From the NCBI GenBank assembly GCA_963783575.1, contig CAWAOD010000005.1, forward strand, positions 192,001-256,000: a stretch of 64,000 nt of DNA. Reading direction: 5' to 3'. Positions 20,601 to 30,692 of the stretch are shown here, piece after piece (the first letter of the stretch is position 1; each line of letters opens with the position of its first letter). The notes below the pieces were generated by a model that saw nothing but the letters and a program-made list of their open reading frames with translations, searched no databases and was not told where the DNA came from. The stretch is from an uncultured Spirochaetota bacterium. GTDB lineage: Bacteria > Spirochaetota > Brevinematia > Brevinematales > JAOACQ01. The translations under genes and the position numbers were made by a program.

Positions 20601-23099
20601 AAAGGGGATTATAAGAAGAGCAATTATTATTTTTTAGAAAGTTATGACAAATTCAAAAAAATGGGCGATTTATGGGAAGTTAAAATGGTTTTACAGGGGA
20701 TGGATTTGAATTATTTATTATTATCTGATCATACTAAAAGCCTTGAATTAATCGATCAATACCTGAAAATAAGTGAACAGTTAAATGATAATTATGGAAT
20801 ATGCAGCGCCATGAGCGACTACGCTTTAGTCAATTATCAAAGAGGGAATTACGATCAGGCGATGAAATACGCCGAAAAGTCATTGATCATATCAGAAGAA
20901 AATAAAATATTATTAATCGATTGTCTCGTAAATATTTATTTGGGGATTATATTCAATGAATTTGGTGATTATAAAAAAAGCATTGAATACCTTTCAAGCG
21001 CATATAAGTTATATGAGAATAATAACCTGCTGGAATATTACACGGTTTTTATGTATTCATATCTTGCGGAAGCATATTTAATCGAATTTATCAATTTGTA
21101 TCCTCATAAAATCAAAGGCAGGAAAAAAGAGCTAAATAAGATAAAAAAAGCCTGTGCAAAGGCCCTATTAAAAACCAGGCCATGGAAAGCCCATTTCAGT
21201 GAAGCGTTGCGGATTAGTGCCAGGTATTACAGCTTTATCGGTAAAACAAAAAAAGCCGAGCATTTGCTTTTACAGAGTATAAGCATAAACTCCAAATTGG
21301 GAAAACCATTTGATCTTGCATTGGGGTATTATGAGTATGGTAAGTTTTTAAAAGAAACGGGAAGGATTGAGGAAGCAAAAAAGCGTCTTGAGTCCTCCTT
21401 TATTATATTGAAAGAGTTAGACTCTAAAGTCTACTTGAAGAGAGTATCGGATATGCTCGGAATAAATGAAAAAGAGGAGAAGGATGATATGGATTCTATT
21501 CAAAAGTTTAAGTACAGGGAAAGATTATCATCCATAATAAAAGTCAGCCAGACAATCAGTTCGATACTCAACCTGGACCTTCTGCTGAAAAATATTGTCA
21601 CACTGGCCATGGAAATTACCGGTGCCCAGAGGGGTTATCTTTTCATAAAAGACGAGGTTTCAGGGGAACTTGTCCTGAAAGTTAAGAAATTCATAAACGA
21701 GGGGAAAAGCGATTCCAGGCCGTCTGTTTTATATTCCGGAAATATCGTTAAAGCAGTTTTTAAAACCGGGGAGGCTGTTCTCTTAAACGACGCAGAACAG
21801 GATACCGATTACTCAAAATATGATAGTGTAGTCCTGCACAGGCTGAAATCCATTCTCTGTGTTCCCATTAAACATCAAAACACGATCCTGGGAGCATGCT
21901 ATTTTGATAACCCGCTTTCCTCATCAGTTTTTTCCGCTGAAGATCAAGAAATCCTGGAAGCCATAATGACGCAGGCCGCCATATCCATAGAAAACGCCAG
22001 ACTTTATGAGATAACGAAAATAATGAAAGAGAAAGCCGAGAATGAAGTGGAAAAACTAACCATTCATATTTTACAGAAGCAGGAAAAACAGCTTGACGAA
22101 AAAAGCTCCCTGGTCTATCAGAGCCCCCAGATGCAGGAGGTTGTCGGTAAGGTCAGCCAGGCCGTAAAAATATCCAGACCGATTTTGATCACTGGCGAAA
22201 CAGGCACGGGGAAGGAGCTTATAGCCAAACTTATTCATAACTCGAGTAACCATCAAGACGAGCCTTTTATAGCTATAAACTGTGCCGCTATACCTGAAGC
22301 CCTCTGGGAGGCGGAAATGTTCGGGCATATGAAGGGGGCCTTTACCGATGCAAAAACCGGCCGGGAAGGCAGCATCGCCACCGCCGGGCAGGGCACACTG
22401 TTTTTTGACGAGATAGGGAACATGCCCCTGGACATACAATCCAAGCTTCTACGGCTGCTCCAGGATAATCAATACAGGCCGATAGGCAGCAATAGAGCGC
22501 TGAATTCAAAATGCCGTTTTCTTTTTGCAACAAACGGGGAAGTGGAAGAAATGATTAAAAAGGGGACATTCAGGGAAGATCTTTACTACAGGATCAATGT
22601 CTTTAATATTCATATACCGCCGTTAAGGGAAAGGAAGGAAGATATCCCCGTCTTGCTGGATTATTTTATTGAAAAATTTGTGCGGGAATTCAGCCTGCCG
22701 GAAAACCTGGAAGTAGAAAAGAAAGCAATGGATAAGATTATTAATTACAGTTGGCCCGGAAATGTCAGGGAAATGGAAAACTTTGTCATCCGCGCGCTGG
22801 CGCTTTTATCCGAATCGGAGGGAAACAGGAGCGTTTTGAAATTAATGCACCTGCCTTCCAATATCGATACCTTTATTGAGCCGGTTAAAACATTACAAGA
22901 AGAGAAAGAAAAGATTGTAAAAGAGGAAATCGTCGTAGATGGTAATTATGAAGATATACTCAATCAGCATTCAAAGAAAATGATCGAATGGGCCCTTAAT
23001 AAATCAAAGGGCAATATAAAGAAAGCGGCCGAAATACTGGGTATAAAGCGAACGACTCTGAATTATAAAGTCAAAGAACTTAAAATAGATATAGAGTAA
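17691..23099 (+). CDS. 1802-aa Ser/Thr-kinase-like/AAA(STAND)/TPR/GAF/sigma54 enhancer-binding protein, copy B (intact)
   Basis: HRDLKPGN and DFG; GEAGKGKT, LDDLQWAD and GNPFF; TPR helices; GAF (AISIENARL); GETGTGKE, GAFTDA, FFDEIG, LYYRINV, WPGNVRE; C-terminal HTH. Confidence 0.95.
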   Translation: MINNRYEIVRQIDEGGISKVYLARDIETKGEVVVRTLKKEIISSRIEDIIRFRNEAAILSRLDHPNIVKLYETAEFEGQNYIVMEYIPGESLYKIIKSGKKFLEREIIEMTIQICSSLDYIHPMSIIHRDLKPGNIMVHTDMKGELHIKTIDFGLAFLKEYSSIKGIEDIAGTFCYMPPEQFGVISGGVDERSDLYSLGIILYQLLTGVLPFEGETPGSIIHRQIAMIPETPSHYNKSISETLDKIVLKLLEKEPDRRYQSAKGLLFDLEKYKKGERNFHPGMHDKHIKLTFKTGLISREEEFSAIKELYDKARKGEGSVCFISGEAGKGKTRLAEELRSHVYTEGGVFIDGKCFAGKSKTPYGPFKDALNIYLKIYQGYQEEKKQDIKNKLNEMTGDLCGLILQLNPSFSVIFNKRPELVRLEIDREKKRFLMVVGQFFLNLSSVDNKMVIFLDDLQWADEGSMDLLTEISGELSKYPLFIIGTYRNDEISSDHKLISYKEKAAINQYPYHEIYLEEFSRVVVKKLVISLLYAKVENIEEISDVIHKKSKGNPFFAIEILKQFVSENILYYKENSWVIDAGKLRGVEIASTIVDIVMKRISLLSDEETKVLSYAAVIGRRFDAGILFRLLDYEAPEIIRIVDRAIKLQLLEEDIQEKGKILFAHDRIKEAFYKKCGEGERKLLHRRIGKTIEEMNRGDKEKVIFDLAYHYIEGEEEEKILEYAYPAGIKAKENYAYEEAIRCFSFINRITEGKGEEGKELWINTNRNIIEIYLVIGKNDEAIEISGKILPFIEDKLNKANICKQISAAYFKKGDWKNCEEYGRKGLSLLGEKLPVENIAIIFRIINELLKHILHQLFPKLFIKNKGDRDIEKYKLIVWFYITLNWMYILNDNVKMIGNQLRMLNISESRIGKSRELGMSMGAYAGVCMAIPLFNRSIEFHEKALQLRKEMNDQWGIAQSLQLLGYCYHWKGDYKKSNYYFLESYDKFKKMGDLWEVKMVLQGMDLNYLLLSDHTKSLELIDQYLKISEQLNDNYGICSAMSDYALVNYQRGNYDQAMKYAEKSLIISEENKILLIDCLVNIYLGIIFNEFGDYKKSIEYLSSAYKLYENNNLLEYYTVFMYSYLAEAYLIEFINLYPHKIKGRKKELNKIKKACAKALLKTRPWKAHFSEALRISARYYSFIGKTKKAEHLLLQSISINSKLGKPFDLALGYYEYGKFLKETGRIEEAKKRLESSFIILKELDSKVYLKRVSDMLGINEKEEKDDMDSIQKFKYRERLSSIIKVSQTISSILNLDLLLKNIVTLAMEITGAQRGYLFIKDEVSGELVLKVKKFINEGKSDSRPSVLYSGNIVKAVFKTGEAVLLNDAEQDTDYSKYDSVVLHRLKSILCVPIKHQNTILGACYFDNPLSSSVFSAEDQEILEAIMTQAAISIENARLYEITKIMKEKAENEVEKLTIHILQKQEKQLDEKSSLVYQSPQMQEVVGKVSQAVKISRPILITGETGTGKELIAKLIHNSSNHQDEPFIAINCAAIPEALWEAEMFGHMKGAFTDAKTGREGSIATAGQGTLFFDEIGNMPLDIQSKLLRLLQDNQYRPIGSNRALNSKCRFLFATNGEVEEMIKKGTFREDLYYRINVFNIHIPPLRERKEDIPVLLDYFIEKFVREFSLPENLEVEKKAMDKIINYSWPGNVREMENFVIRALALLSESEGNRSVLKLMHLPSNIDTFIEPVKTLQEEKEKIVKEEIVVDGNYEDILNQHSKKMIEWALNKSKGNIKKAAEILGIKRTTLNYKVKELKIDIE

Positions 23100-23145
23100 A
23101 CCTTTCAAAAAAACCTTAATCACCCGGTGATATTATTTTGTCATA

Positions 23146-23181
23146 GACAAAATTCAGTCACTTTTAAGACAAATTTTTGTC
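23146..23181 (+). promoter_or_regulatory. Putative upstream activator sequence, type B
   Basis: GACAAAATTCAGTC and GACAAATTTTTGTC, starts 22 bp apart. Confidence 0.7.
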
Positions 23182-23312
23182 TCTTTTCGTCTTATTTGAA
23201 ACGGCCGCATAATTGTAAATAAATCTTTATTTAACATATTTAATCCATTAAATTATATATAGCAAGGAATTATCTCATTCTGCATATTCAAATCACAATT
23301 CCGGACCCCATC

Positions 23313-23329
23313 CTGGCATATAGTTTGCA
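23313..23329 (+). promoter_or_regulatory. sigma54 promoter P4
   Basis: CTGGCATATAGTTTGCA. Confidence 0.85.
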
Positions 23330-23477
23330 TATAAGCATATAAATAAGAGTGGAAAAAACGGATCGCTGTATTATCTGGCCTAGTTGGGCTGGGCAGTCGA
23401 ATCGCTTAAAGTTTGCAAATCAGGGATATATAATATGTTATATAAAAATATTAGTTAATCCAAAAAAGGAGGATTTT

Positions 23478-25455
23478 ATGAAGAAAGTGTTGGCAATAAT
23501 CATTGAATTGATGATTATTATGTGTATTTTCGTTTTATCAGGATGCAATTTATCGCCTGGGCCGGGAAAAGAAGCATCCAAATCCGTATCGCCGGTATCG
23601 CCCGCAGGTCCGAAGTTTAGCATCGGTACCCAGCAGGTTTCAGGGACAGTTACCAATATCGGCAGGCCTTTATTTTCGTTCCGTAGTTCCTCGGATCCAC
23701 ATGCCCGCGTATTCAACGGACAGGTTTACATTTACTGTTCACAAGATATGTACGGCAACAGCGGCGGCGGTATTTATCCGATGAACACTACTTACTGCTA
23801 TTCATCAGCCGATCTGGTAAACTGGAAGGATAACGGCGCGGTAATGACGGAAAACCAACTTCCCTGGGCAGCCCATGGATCCAACGAGCTTTGGGCGCCA
23901 TGCTGTGTCCAGAACCCGAACAATGGGCAATATTACCTTTATGAACCTGATGAACCTAATAACGGTGCCAACTCCTATGACAAGAGGATCGGGGTAAGTG
24001 TAGCATCCAGCCCGACGGGTCCTTTTACCCCATTGCAGAATTATATAAGCATTCCAAGAGTTGCGAACGCCCCCCAGGGAGACTTCAATTGCGATCCTTT
24101 CGTGTTTATTGACACGGCAAACGGCAACACACCGTATCTTTTATATTGCGACGGAAATAACCCAAATGGTAGGGACTGTATCGTACAGATGAACAGCGAC
24201 TTTGAGACAGTAAGCAAACAGCCAGTAACGGTAGATTCATTGATGGCTAACGGAGTGCCGGCAAATCAGTTCGAGGAAGGCCCGAGGCTTTTCTACATCA
24301 ATAGCAAGTACTACCTGATTATGCCTGTTTCTTACGGCGGATCTGAATATCTGGCTTACGCCATATCAACCCAAGGGCCGATGGGTCCTTATACTTTCAA
24401 GGGTAATTTTATGTCGCAGAACCAGGCGGAATGGACTATCCAGGGAGACATCGTTCAGTTTGACAACAAGAACGTACTGTTTTATCATGATGTTCAGCAG
24501 CCCCAGATAAAAGGTTTTTACAGACAGGTGTGCGGGGAATATTTTTATTTTAACAGCGACGGGTTACTTCCCCAGATCTCAAGAACCCAGCAGGGGCTCA
24601 CTATTGACACCACCAATATAGTACAGGCAGCTAGCTACTTCACAGCCTCCAGCGGCGTACAGACAGAATCAACCGGTGATCCGGGCAGCGGTCTGGATGT
24701 TGGATGGATTCAAAATGGAAGCTGGATTGAATACAGCGGGATGAACTTTGCCAATCTTAACATTACCGGTTTTACCATTAGCGTAGCGAGTGCGACAAGC
24801 GGCGGTAATATTTATATAATGGCGCCGAGCACAGGCGGTCTCGGCTGGGTTGAAATCGGACAGGTCAGCGTTCCTTCCACTGGAGGCTGGCAGAACTGGA
24901 CGACGGTAACATGCCCCATTAATTACAATTCACTGCCTGGACCTCAAACCATTGAACTTCAATTTTCCGGCGGTTCGGGTTACCTGTTAAACATAGACCA
25001 GTTCCAGTTTTCCGGTAACGGAGGAATCGCCCCGGGTACTTACAAAATTATTAACAGGAATAGCGGCACAGCTATGGACATGACCGGGTTTTCAACGAGT
25101 GCAGGCACCCAGGCCCAGATATGGGCTTATGGCGGAGGCGCCAACCAGAAGTGGACCCTTCAGCCCTCTGGGCCCTGACTATTACATCATAAATGTCAAC
25201 AGCGGTCTGGTACTGGGAGTAACTTCCGCTTCATTGAATGAAGGCACTTCCATCGTTCAATGGCAGCAAATCAGCGGCCATCCCGATCAACTGTGGATCC
25301 TGCAGCCTGTCTATAATTATTACTATATTAAAAATTTGAACAGCGGACAGGTAATAGGATGTTGTAACGGAACAACTACCAACGGCACACCGCTGGTCCA
25401 GTGGCCAGCCATTTCAGGAGATCTGGACCAGGAGTGGTCATTCCAGAATCCGTAG
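23478..25455 (+). CDS. GH43-CBM6-ricin lipoprotein, frameshift near 25172
   Basis: RBS AGGAGG and ATG 23478; SSDP, LWAP, CDP, FEEGP; CBM6; trefoil continues in ORF 25099-25455. Confidence 0.85.
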
Positions 25456-25474
25456 ACTAATCCTTAATAAAACT

Positions 25475-25514
25475 GGGCGAGGAAGCGTTTTACGCTTTCC
25501 TTGCCCCTTTCTTT
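25475..25514 (+). terminator. Intrinsic terminator
   Basis: GGGCGAGGAAGCG...CGCTTTCCTTGCCC plus T-rich tail. Confidence 0.6.
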
Positions 25515-25571
25515 GTTCTCATCTGTTTTTTTTTGTTTTTACCCGCCCAGGTAGTTCCTGAACGAAAATTT

Positions 25572-25837
25572 GTTTTGAAATTAATGCGCCTGCCTTCCAA
25601 TATTAATACCTTTATTAAACCGGTTAAAATATTACAGGAAGAGAAAAAAAGATTGTAAAAGAGGAAATCGTTGTAGATGGTAATTATGAAGATATACTCA
25701 ATCAGCATTCAAAGAAAATGATCGAATGGGCCCTTAATAAATCAAAGGGCAATATAAAGAAAACGGCCGAAATACTGGGTATAAAGCGAACGACTATGAA
25801 TTATAAAGTCAAAGAACTTAAAATAGATATAGAGTAA
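25572..25837 (+). repeat. Decayed copy of the last ~265 nt (HTH region) of regulator copy B
   Basis: Matches ~22833-23099 with indels. Confidence 0.9.
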
Positions 25838-25882
25838 ACTTTTCAAAAAACCTTAATCACCCGGTGATATTATTTTGTCATA

Positions 25883-25918
25883 GACAAAATTCAGTCACTT
25901 TTAAGACAAATTTTTGTC
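25883..25918 (+). promoter_or_regulatory. Putative upstream activator sequence, type B
   Basis: Identical to 23146-23181. Confidence 0.7.
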
Positions 25919-26049
25919 TCTTTTCGTCTTATTTGAAACGGCCGTATAATTATAAATAAATCTTTATTTAACATATTTAATCCATTAAATTATATATAGC
26001 AAGGAATTATCTCATTCTGCATATTCAAATCACAATTCCGGACCCCATC

Positions 26050-26066
26050 CTGGCATATAGTTTGCA
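26050..26066 (+). promoter_or_regulatory. sigma54 promoter P5, separated from its gene by the IS
   Basis: CTGGCATATAGTTTGCA. Confidence 0.85.
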
Positions 26067-26206
26067 TATAAGCATATAAATAAGAGTGGAAAAAAAGGAT
26101 CACTGTAAAAATTAGGAAAGAGCTTTTATGGTTAATCCAATTGAAGCTTACTTCTATTTGAAAAGAAATAATTCACAGGAAGACTAGAAGCGATGCCCTG
26201 AGTATA

Positions 26207-27825
26207 CAGACTGTGTGAAAACTCAGTAAAATTTTATAGTAAAATCGATTAATTATACAAAAACTCCATTTTTTGATATATTTTTCAAGCTAAAAAAATC
26301 TTAGTTTAAAAAATCTATCCGAATACGATAAACGATGGTTTATTAGCATCAAACCAGAGTCATAAGTCTCTTTATTCCCAATATATTCAATACTTTTATT
26401 AAATTATGAATGAATCCTGCCAAACTGGATTCCGTCAGAACGCCATCCTTTCCCTTCATTAAAAAATAACTGTAACCCATATTCCTTTTTATCGATCCAA
26501 ATGGATGTTCACATATCTCTTTCCTTTTCTCTATGATCTTTTTCCCGGCTTCAGAACGAATTTTCCTCTTGAAGTTCTCAATTTCTTCTTTTCTAACTGG
26601 TACTTTGATACTTCGTCCTTCCACGCTTTCAGTACACTTATTTCTTACTTCACATTGGCTGCATAAGCCGCACTTGTACCTGACTATCTCTTTTCCTCCA
26701 TTGACCTTCTCTACTTTTTTCCCATTTCTCACTAATGGGTTTCCCTCCGGACAATAATAAACATTTTGTCCCGGATCATATTTGAATTTATCAACCTGGT
26801 ATTCTTCAGCAGGTACTCCTTTATTATCTTCTTTGCCTCGAATCCTTGCCTTATGTCCGTCATCCGGATTCGGCATATATACGTTATGTCCCTTATCTAT
26901 ACATTCCAGTATCTGCGGTTCGCTGTAATAACCGGCATCCGATACTTTGACCGTTTCAGTCTCTACCTTAAGCTCGTCCTTTATTTCTTCTACTCGGTCA
27001 CACATTCCTGCCATCTGCAGATTATATGCAATGTCGGATTTCCCTTTATCATTCATAAACCGGCTTTCCGGGTCATTTGAATAATATTTCTCCATTTCAG
27101 GATTTCCCTCAAAAATCTTTTTAATAGCCTCAACTTTATCCTTTTTTGTTTTCATTTTCTTTAAACGTTCCGCTATCTTTCCGGAAAGAAATTCAAATTC
27201 ATTCTTTTCTTCCTTATCGTTCTTATCCATCTCATTCAAATATTCTTCGATCTTTTGATCTATTCTATGTATGATTTCTTCTATGTTTTTCCTATGATAA
27301 ACATTGTTATTGTGGTTTTGCGCACTGATCTTGGTTCCATCAATTCCAACAACGTCAAATGATAAAAGCCCGGCTTTATGACATATCTTCAAAAATTCTC
27401 TGAATATCGACTGTATTCCCTTCTTATTATCTTTCCTGAAGTCGGCAATCGTCTTGAAATCCGGCGCTAGTCGTCCAGTCAGCCACATCAACTCTGTGTT
27501 TCTTCGGCACTCTCTCTCTAATTTCCTGCTTGTCCTGATTTTATTCAAATATCCGTAAATATAGATTTTTAAAAGTATTTCGGATTTATATGAACTTCTG
27601 CCGGTTGATGCTTCTTTTACTTTAAAACCAACTCCTTTCATATTTAGCTTATCAACAAAAATATCTATAAACCTTACCGGATCTTCTTCTCCTAACAGAT
27701 CTTCCAGTGTTTCATTGAACAGAACTATCTGATCCCTTGATTCTCCCTCAATATGCTTCATCTTTTACTCCGATTATTTTTGTTCTAATAATTATAGCAT
27801 ATTTACTGAGTTTTCACACAGTCTG
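26207..27825 (-). mobile_element. IS1182-family insertion sequence, 1619 bp
   Basis: Perfect 24-bp inverted repeats CAGACTGTGTGAAAACTCAGTAAA / TTTACTGAGTTTTCACACAGTCTG; 3-bp direct repeat ATA. Confidence 0.92.
26349..27761 (-). CDS. IS1182-family DDE transposase
   Basis: IYGYLNKIRTSRKLE, PDFKTIADFR, IDGTKI, SDAGYYS, EHPFGSIK. Confidence 0.92.
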   Translation of the reverse strand: MKHIEGESRDQIVLFNETLEDLLGEEDPVRFIDIFVDKLNMKGVGFKVKEASTGRSSYKSEILLKIYIYGYLNKIRTSRKLERECRRNTELMWLTGRLAPDFKTIADFRKDNKKGIQSIFREFLKICHKAGLLSFDVVGIDGTKISAQNHNNNVYHRKNIEEIIHRIDQKIEEYLNEMDKNDKEEKNEFEFLSGKIAERLKKMKTKKDKVEAIKKIFEGNPEMEKYYSNDPESRFMNDKGKSDIAYNLQMAGMCDRVEEIKDELKVETETVKVSDAGYYSEPQILECIDKGHNVYMPNPDDGHKARIRGKEDNKGVPAEEYQVDKFKYDPGQNVYYCPEGNPLVRNGKKVEKVNGGKEIVRYKCGLCSQCEVRNKCTESVEGRSIKVPVRKEEIENFKRKIRSEAGKKIIEKRKEICEHPFGSIKRNMGYSYFLMKGKDGVLTESSLAGFIHNLIKVLNILGIKRLMTLV

Positions 27826-28096
27826 ATATCGAAGGGCCGGGAAGTCAGGTATTGGAAGTAGGCGAAAATTATATTTTAATTTCAATCCAAATCCAATACA
27901 TATTGATAAGTAGCCAATAATTTCACTAAAACGAATAAATAATAATTAGTGTAAATTCGTGCAATTAACGGCTAAGATTCTTCATCACTTCCCGTCTTCC
28001 TGTGAAAAAAATTTATGCTGACGGAAATAGTATTAAGTTATCAACTTTTACTAACAAAACTTTTGACAATATGTTAATCCAAAAAAGGAGGATTTT

Positions 28097-30047
28097 ATGA
28101 AGCCAGTGTTGGCAATAATCATTGAAATGATGATTATTACGTATATTCTCGTTTTATCAGGCTGCAGTTTATCGCCTGGACCGGGTAAAGAAGCATCCAA
28201 ATCCGCATCAGTAGGGCCTGTAAATAACGCGCCGGAATCACACACAGGTACGGAGTTTAACATCGGTACCCCAGCTACTTACGGGACACCTTTATTTACT
28301 ACGCGTAATTCTTCAGACCCCCATTCCAGTATCTTCAATGGTGTGCTTTACCTTTACACTTCGAGCGATATGGGCATTACAGGCTCATATCCAATGAGTA
28401 CGACATATTGTTATTCAACTTCCGATTTGATCAACTGGACAGATAATGGCGCAATGATCAATGAAAACTCGCTTCCATGGGCTTATCATAACACCAACCA
28501 GTTATGGGCCCCAGACTGCGTTTACGCAAACGGTCAATATTACCTTTATACGCCAGACGACGCTGCTGATGCAACCGGGAATGATATAGGCAAGAGGATC
28601 GGAGTATCCATTTCAACCAGCCCTACGGGCCCGTTTATTCCTCAGAATGATTATATCCATATCCCTACAGTAGCGGGCGCCCCCCAGGGAGATTTTGCAA
28701 GCGACCCCGATGTTTTTATTGATACCAACGGTACTCCATATATGCTATATTGCGATGGAAATGCCCCGAAAGGGAGGGTCTGCATTATAAAATTAGACCC
28801 AAGCATGACAAAGACAGCGGCAAACGCAACGCCTGTACTAATAGAATCATTAGGCAACGGCACTTTTCCTAATCAGTTCGAGGAAGGCGCGAGGTTAAGC
28901 CTTATTAATGGCATATACTACCTGTACTATCCGGTTTCCATTGGGAGTCGAGAATTCATTGTTTATGCTATGGCAAGAAATGTGATGGGCCCTTATACTT
29001 ACCATGACAAATTTATGTCGGCAAACCAAACTGAATGGACTGTTCAGGGCGATATAGCTAATTATGATAATAAATGGATACTCTTTTATCATGATACCCC
29101 GATGGTATCCCAGGGATATAAAAGAATGGTGTGCGGAGAATATTTTACCTTTAACTCCGATGGAACTATTCCTACAATCAGCAGGACAGTAGAAGGGCTT
29201 ACGGTAAACCCGAACAATCAGATACAGGCGGCTACTTACTTCAGTCAATCCGGGGGTCTGCAGACCGAACCGACCAGCGATCCGGGAAGCAGTCTGGATG
29301 TCAGGATGGATTCGAAATGGAAGTTATTGCTATTATAGCGGAATAAACTTTAACAATGCTAACTACATAGAGTTTTTTGCGAGCGTAGCGAGTCCAAGTA
29401 ACGGCGGAACCATCTCATTATATCAGTGGGACCCTAGCAGAGGTATTTTGCTGGGAACATGCGCTGTTCCAAACACCGGAGGCTATCGGAAATGGGTTAC
29501 AGTATCATGCAACATAGCCAGTCCATCTCCGGGACCTTTCATGAAACAACTTTGTCTTAAGTTTACCGGCGGACCGGGTTACATGTTCAACATAGACCGG
29601 TTTACATTTACAACTGACAGTTTTCCCGGTATTTATAAAATTATCAACAGGAATAGCGGCACAGCGATAGATATGCCGGGATCTTCAAAGGGTACTCAGG
29701 CCCAGATATGGACTTGGGGGCAAACAGCCAATCAAAGATGGACCGTTCAATTTTCCGGAAGCTATTTTTACATGATGAACAATTATAGTAGTTTGGTATT
29801 AGGCGTATTAAGTGCTTCACTGAACCCGGGCGCAAAGATTGTTCAATGGTCTCATAACACTTCCAGTGATCAGCAATGGGAGCTGGTGCCAACCGGTGAC
29901 GGATATTACTATATTCAAGACGTTAACAGCGGATGCGTTATAGACTGTCAAGGCGGGGCAACTGCCGATGGCACCCAATTAATCCAATGGCCGAATGATG
30001 GAGCCAATAGTCAACAGTGGTCATTACAGGATGCCGCCAATAATTGA
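28097..30047 (+). CDS. GH43-CBM6-ricin lipoprotein, frameshift near 29302
   Basis: ORFs 28097-29338 and 29298-30047 are colinear with 9822-11783; GATGTCAGGATGG versus GATGTTGGATGG in the paralog. Confidence 0.85.
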
Positions 30048-30068
30048 AAAAAGTTTCATTAATAAAAC

Positions 30069-30104
30069 GGGTAAGGAAGCGTTTACGCTTTCCTTGCCCC
30101 TTCC
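30069..30104 (+). terminator. Intrinsic terminator, same family as the other cassettes
   Basis: GGGTAAGGAAGCG...CGCTTTCCTTGCCC. Confidence 0.55.
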
Positions 30105-30164
30105 ATTGATCTTATCTGTTTTATTTCGTTTTTACCCGCCTAAGAAGTTCCTGAACGAAAATTT

Positions 30165-30433
30165 GTTTTGAAATTGATGCACCTGCCTTCCAAATATCTG
30201 TATCTTTATTAAGCCGGTTAAAATATTACAGGAAGAGAAAGAAAAGATTGTAAAAGAGGAATTGTCGTTGATGGTAAATATGAAGATATACTTAATCAGC
30301 ATTCAAAGAGAAAATGATCGAATGGACCCTTAATGAATCAAAGGTTAATATAAAGAAAGTAACCGAAATATTGGGTATAAAGCGAACGATCCTGAATTAT
30401 AAAGTCAAAGAACTTAAAATAAATATAAAGTAA
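30165..30433 (+). repeat. Second, more decayed copy of the regulator B 3' end
   Basis: Homologous to ~22833-23099 and 25572-25837. Confidence 0.85.
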
Positions 30434-30478
30434 ACCTTTCAAAAAACCTTAATCACCCGGCGGCATTATTTTGTCATA

Positions 30479-30514
30479 GACAAATTTCAGTCACTTTTAA
30501 GACAAAATTTTGTC
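30479..30514 (+). promoter_or_regulatory. Putative upstream activator sequence, type B
   Basis: GACAAATTTCAGTC and GACAAAATTTTGTC. Confidence 0.7.
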
Positions 30515-30646
30515 TATTTTCGTCTTATTTGAAATGGCCGCATAATCGTGAATAAATCTTTATTTAACATATTTAATCCATTAAATTATATATGGCAAGG
30601 AATTATCCTAATCTGTCATATTCAAATCACAATACCGGACCACATC

Positions 30647-30663
30647 CTGGCATATGGTTTGCA
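30647..30663 (+). promoter_or_regulatory. sigma54 promoter P6
   Basis: CTGGCATATGGTTTGCA. Confidence 0.85.
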
Positions 30664-30692
30664 CATAAACATATAAACAAGAGTGGGAAAAA

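Noticed and set aside
17691..23099. Avs/NLR-like antiphage STAND system
   Set aside because: The output is a sigma54 activator with matching promoters upstream of CAZymes; no toxic effector domain
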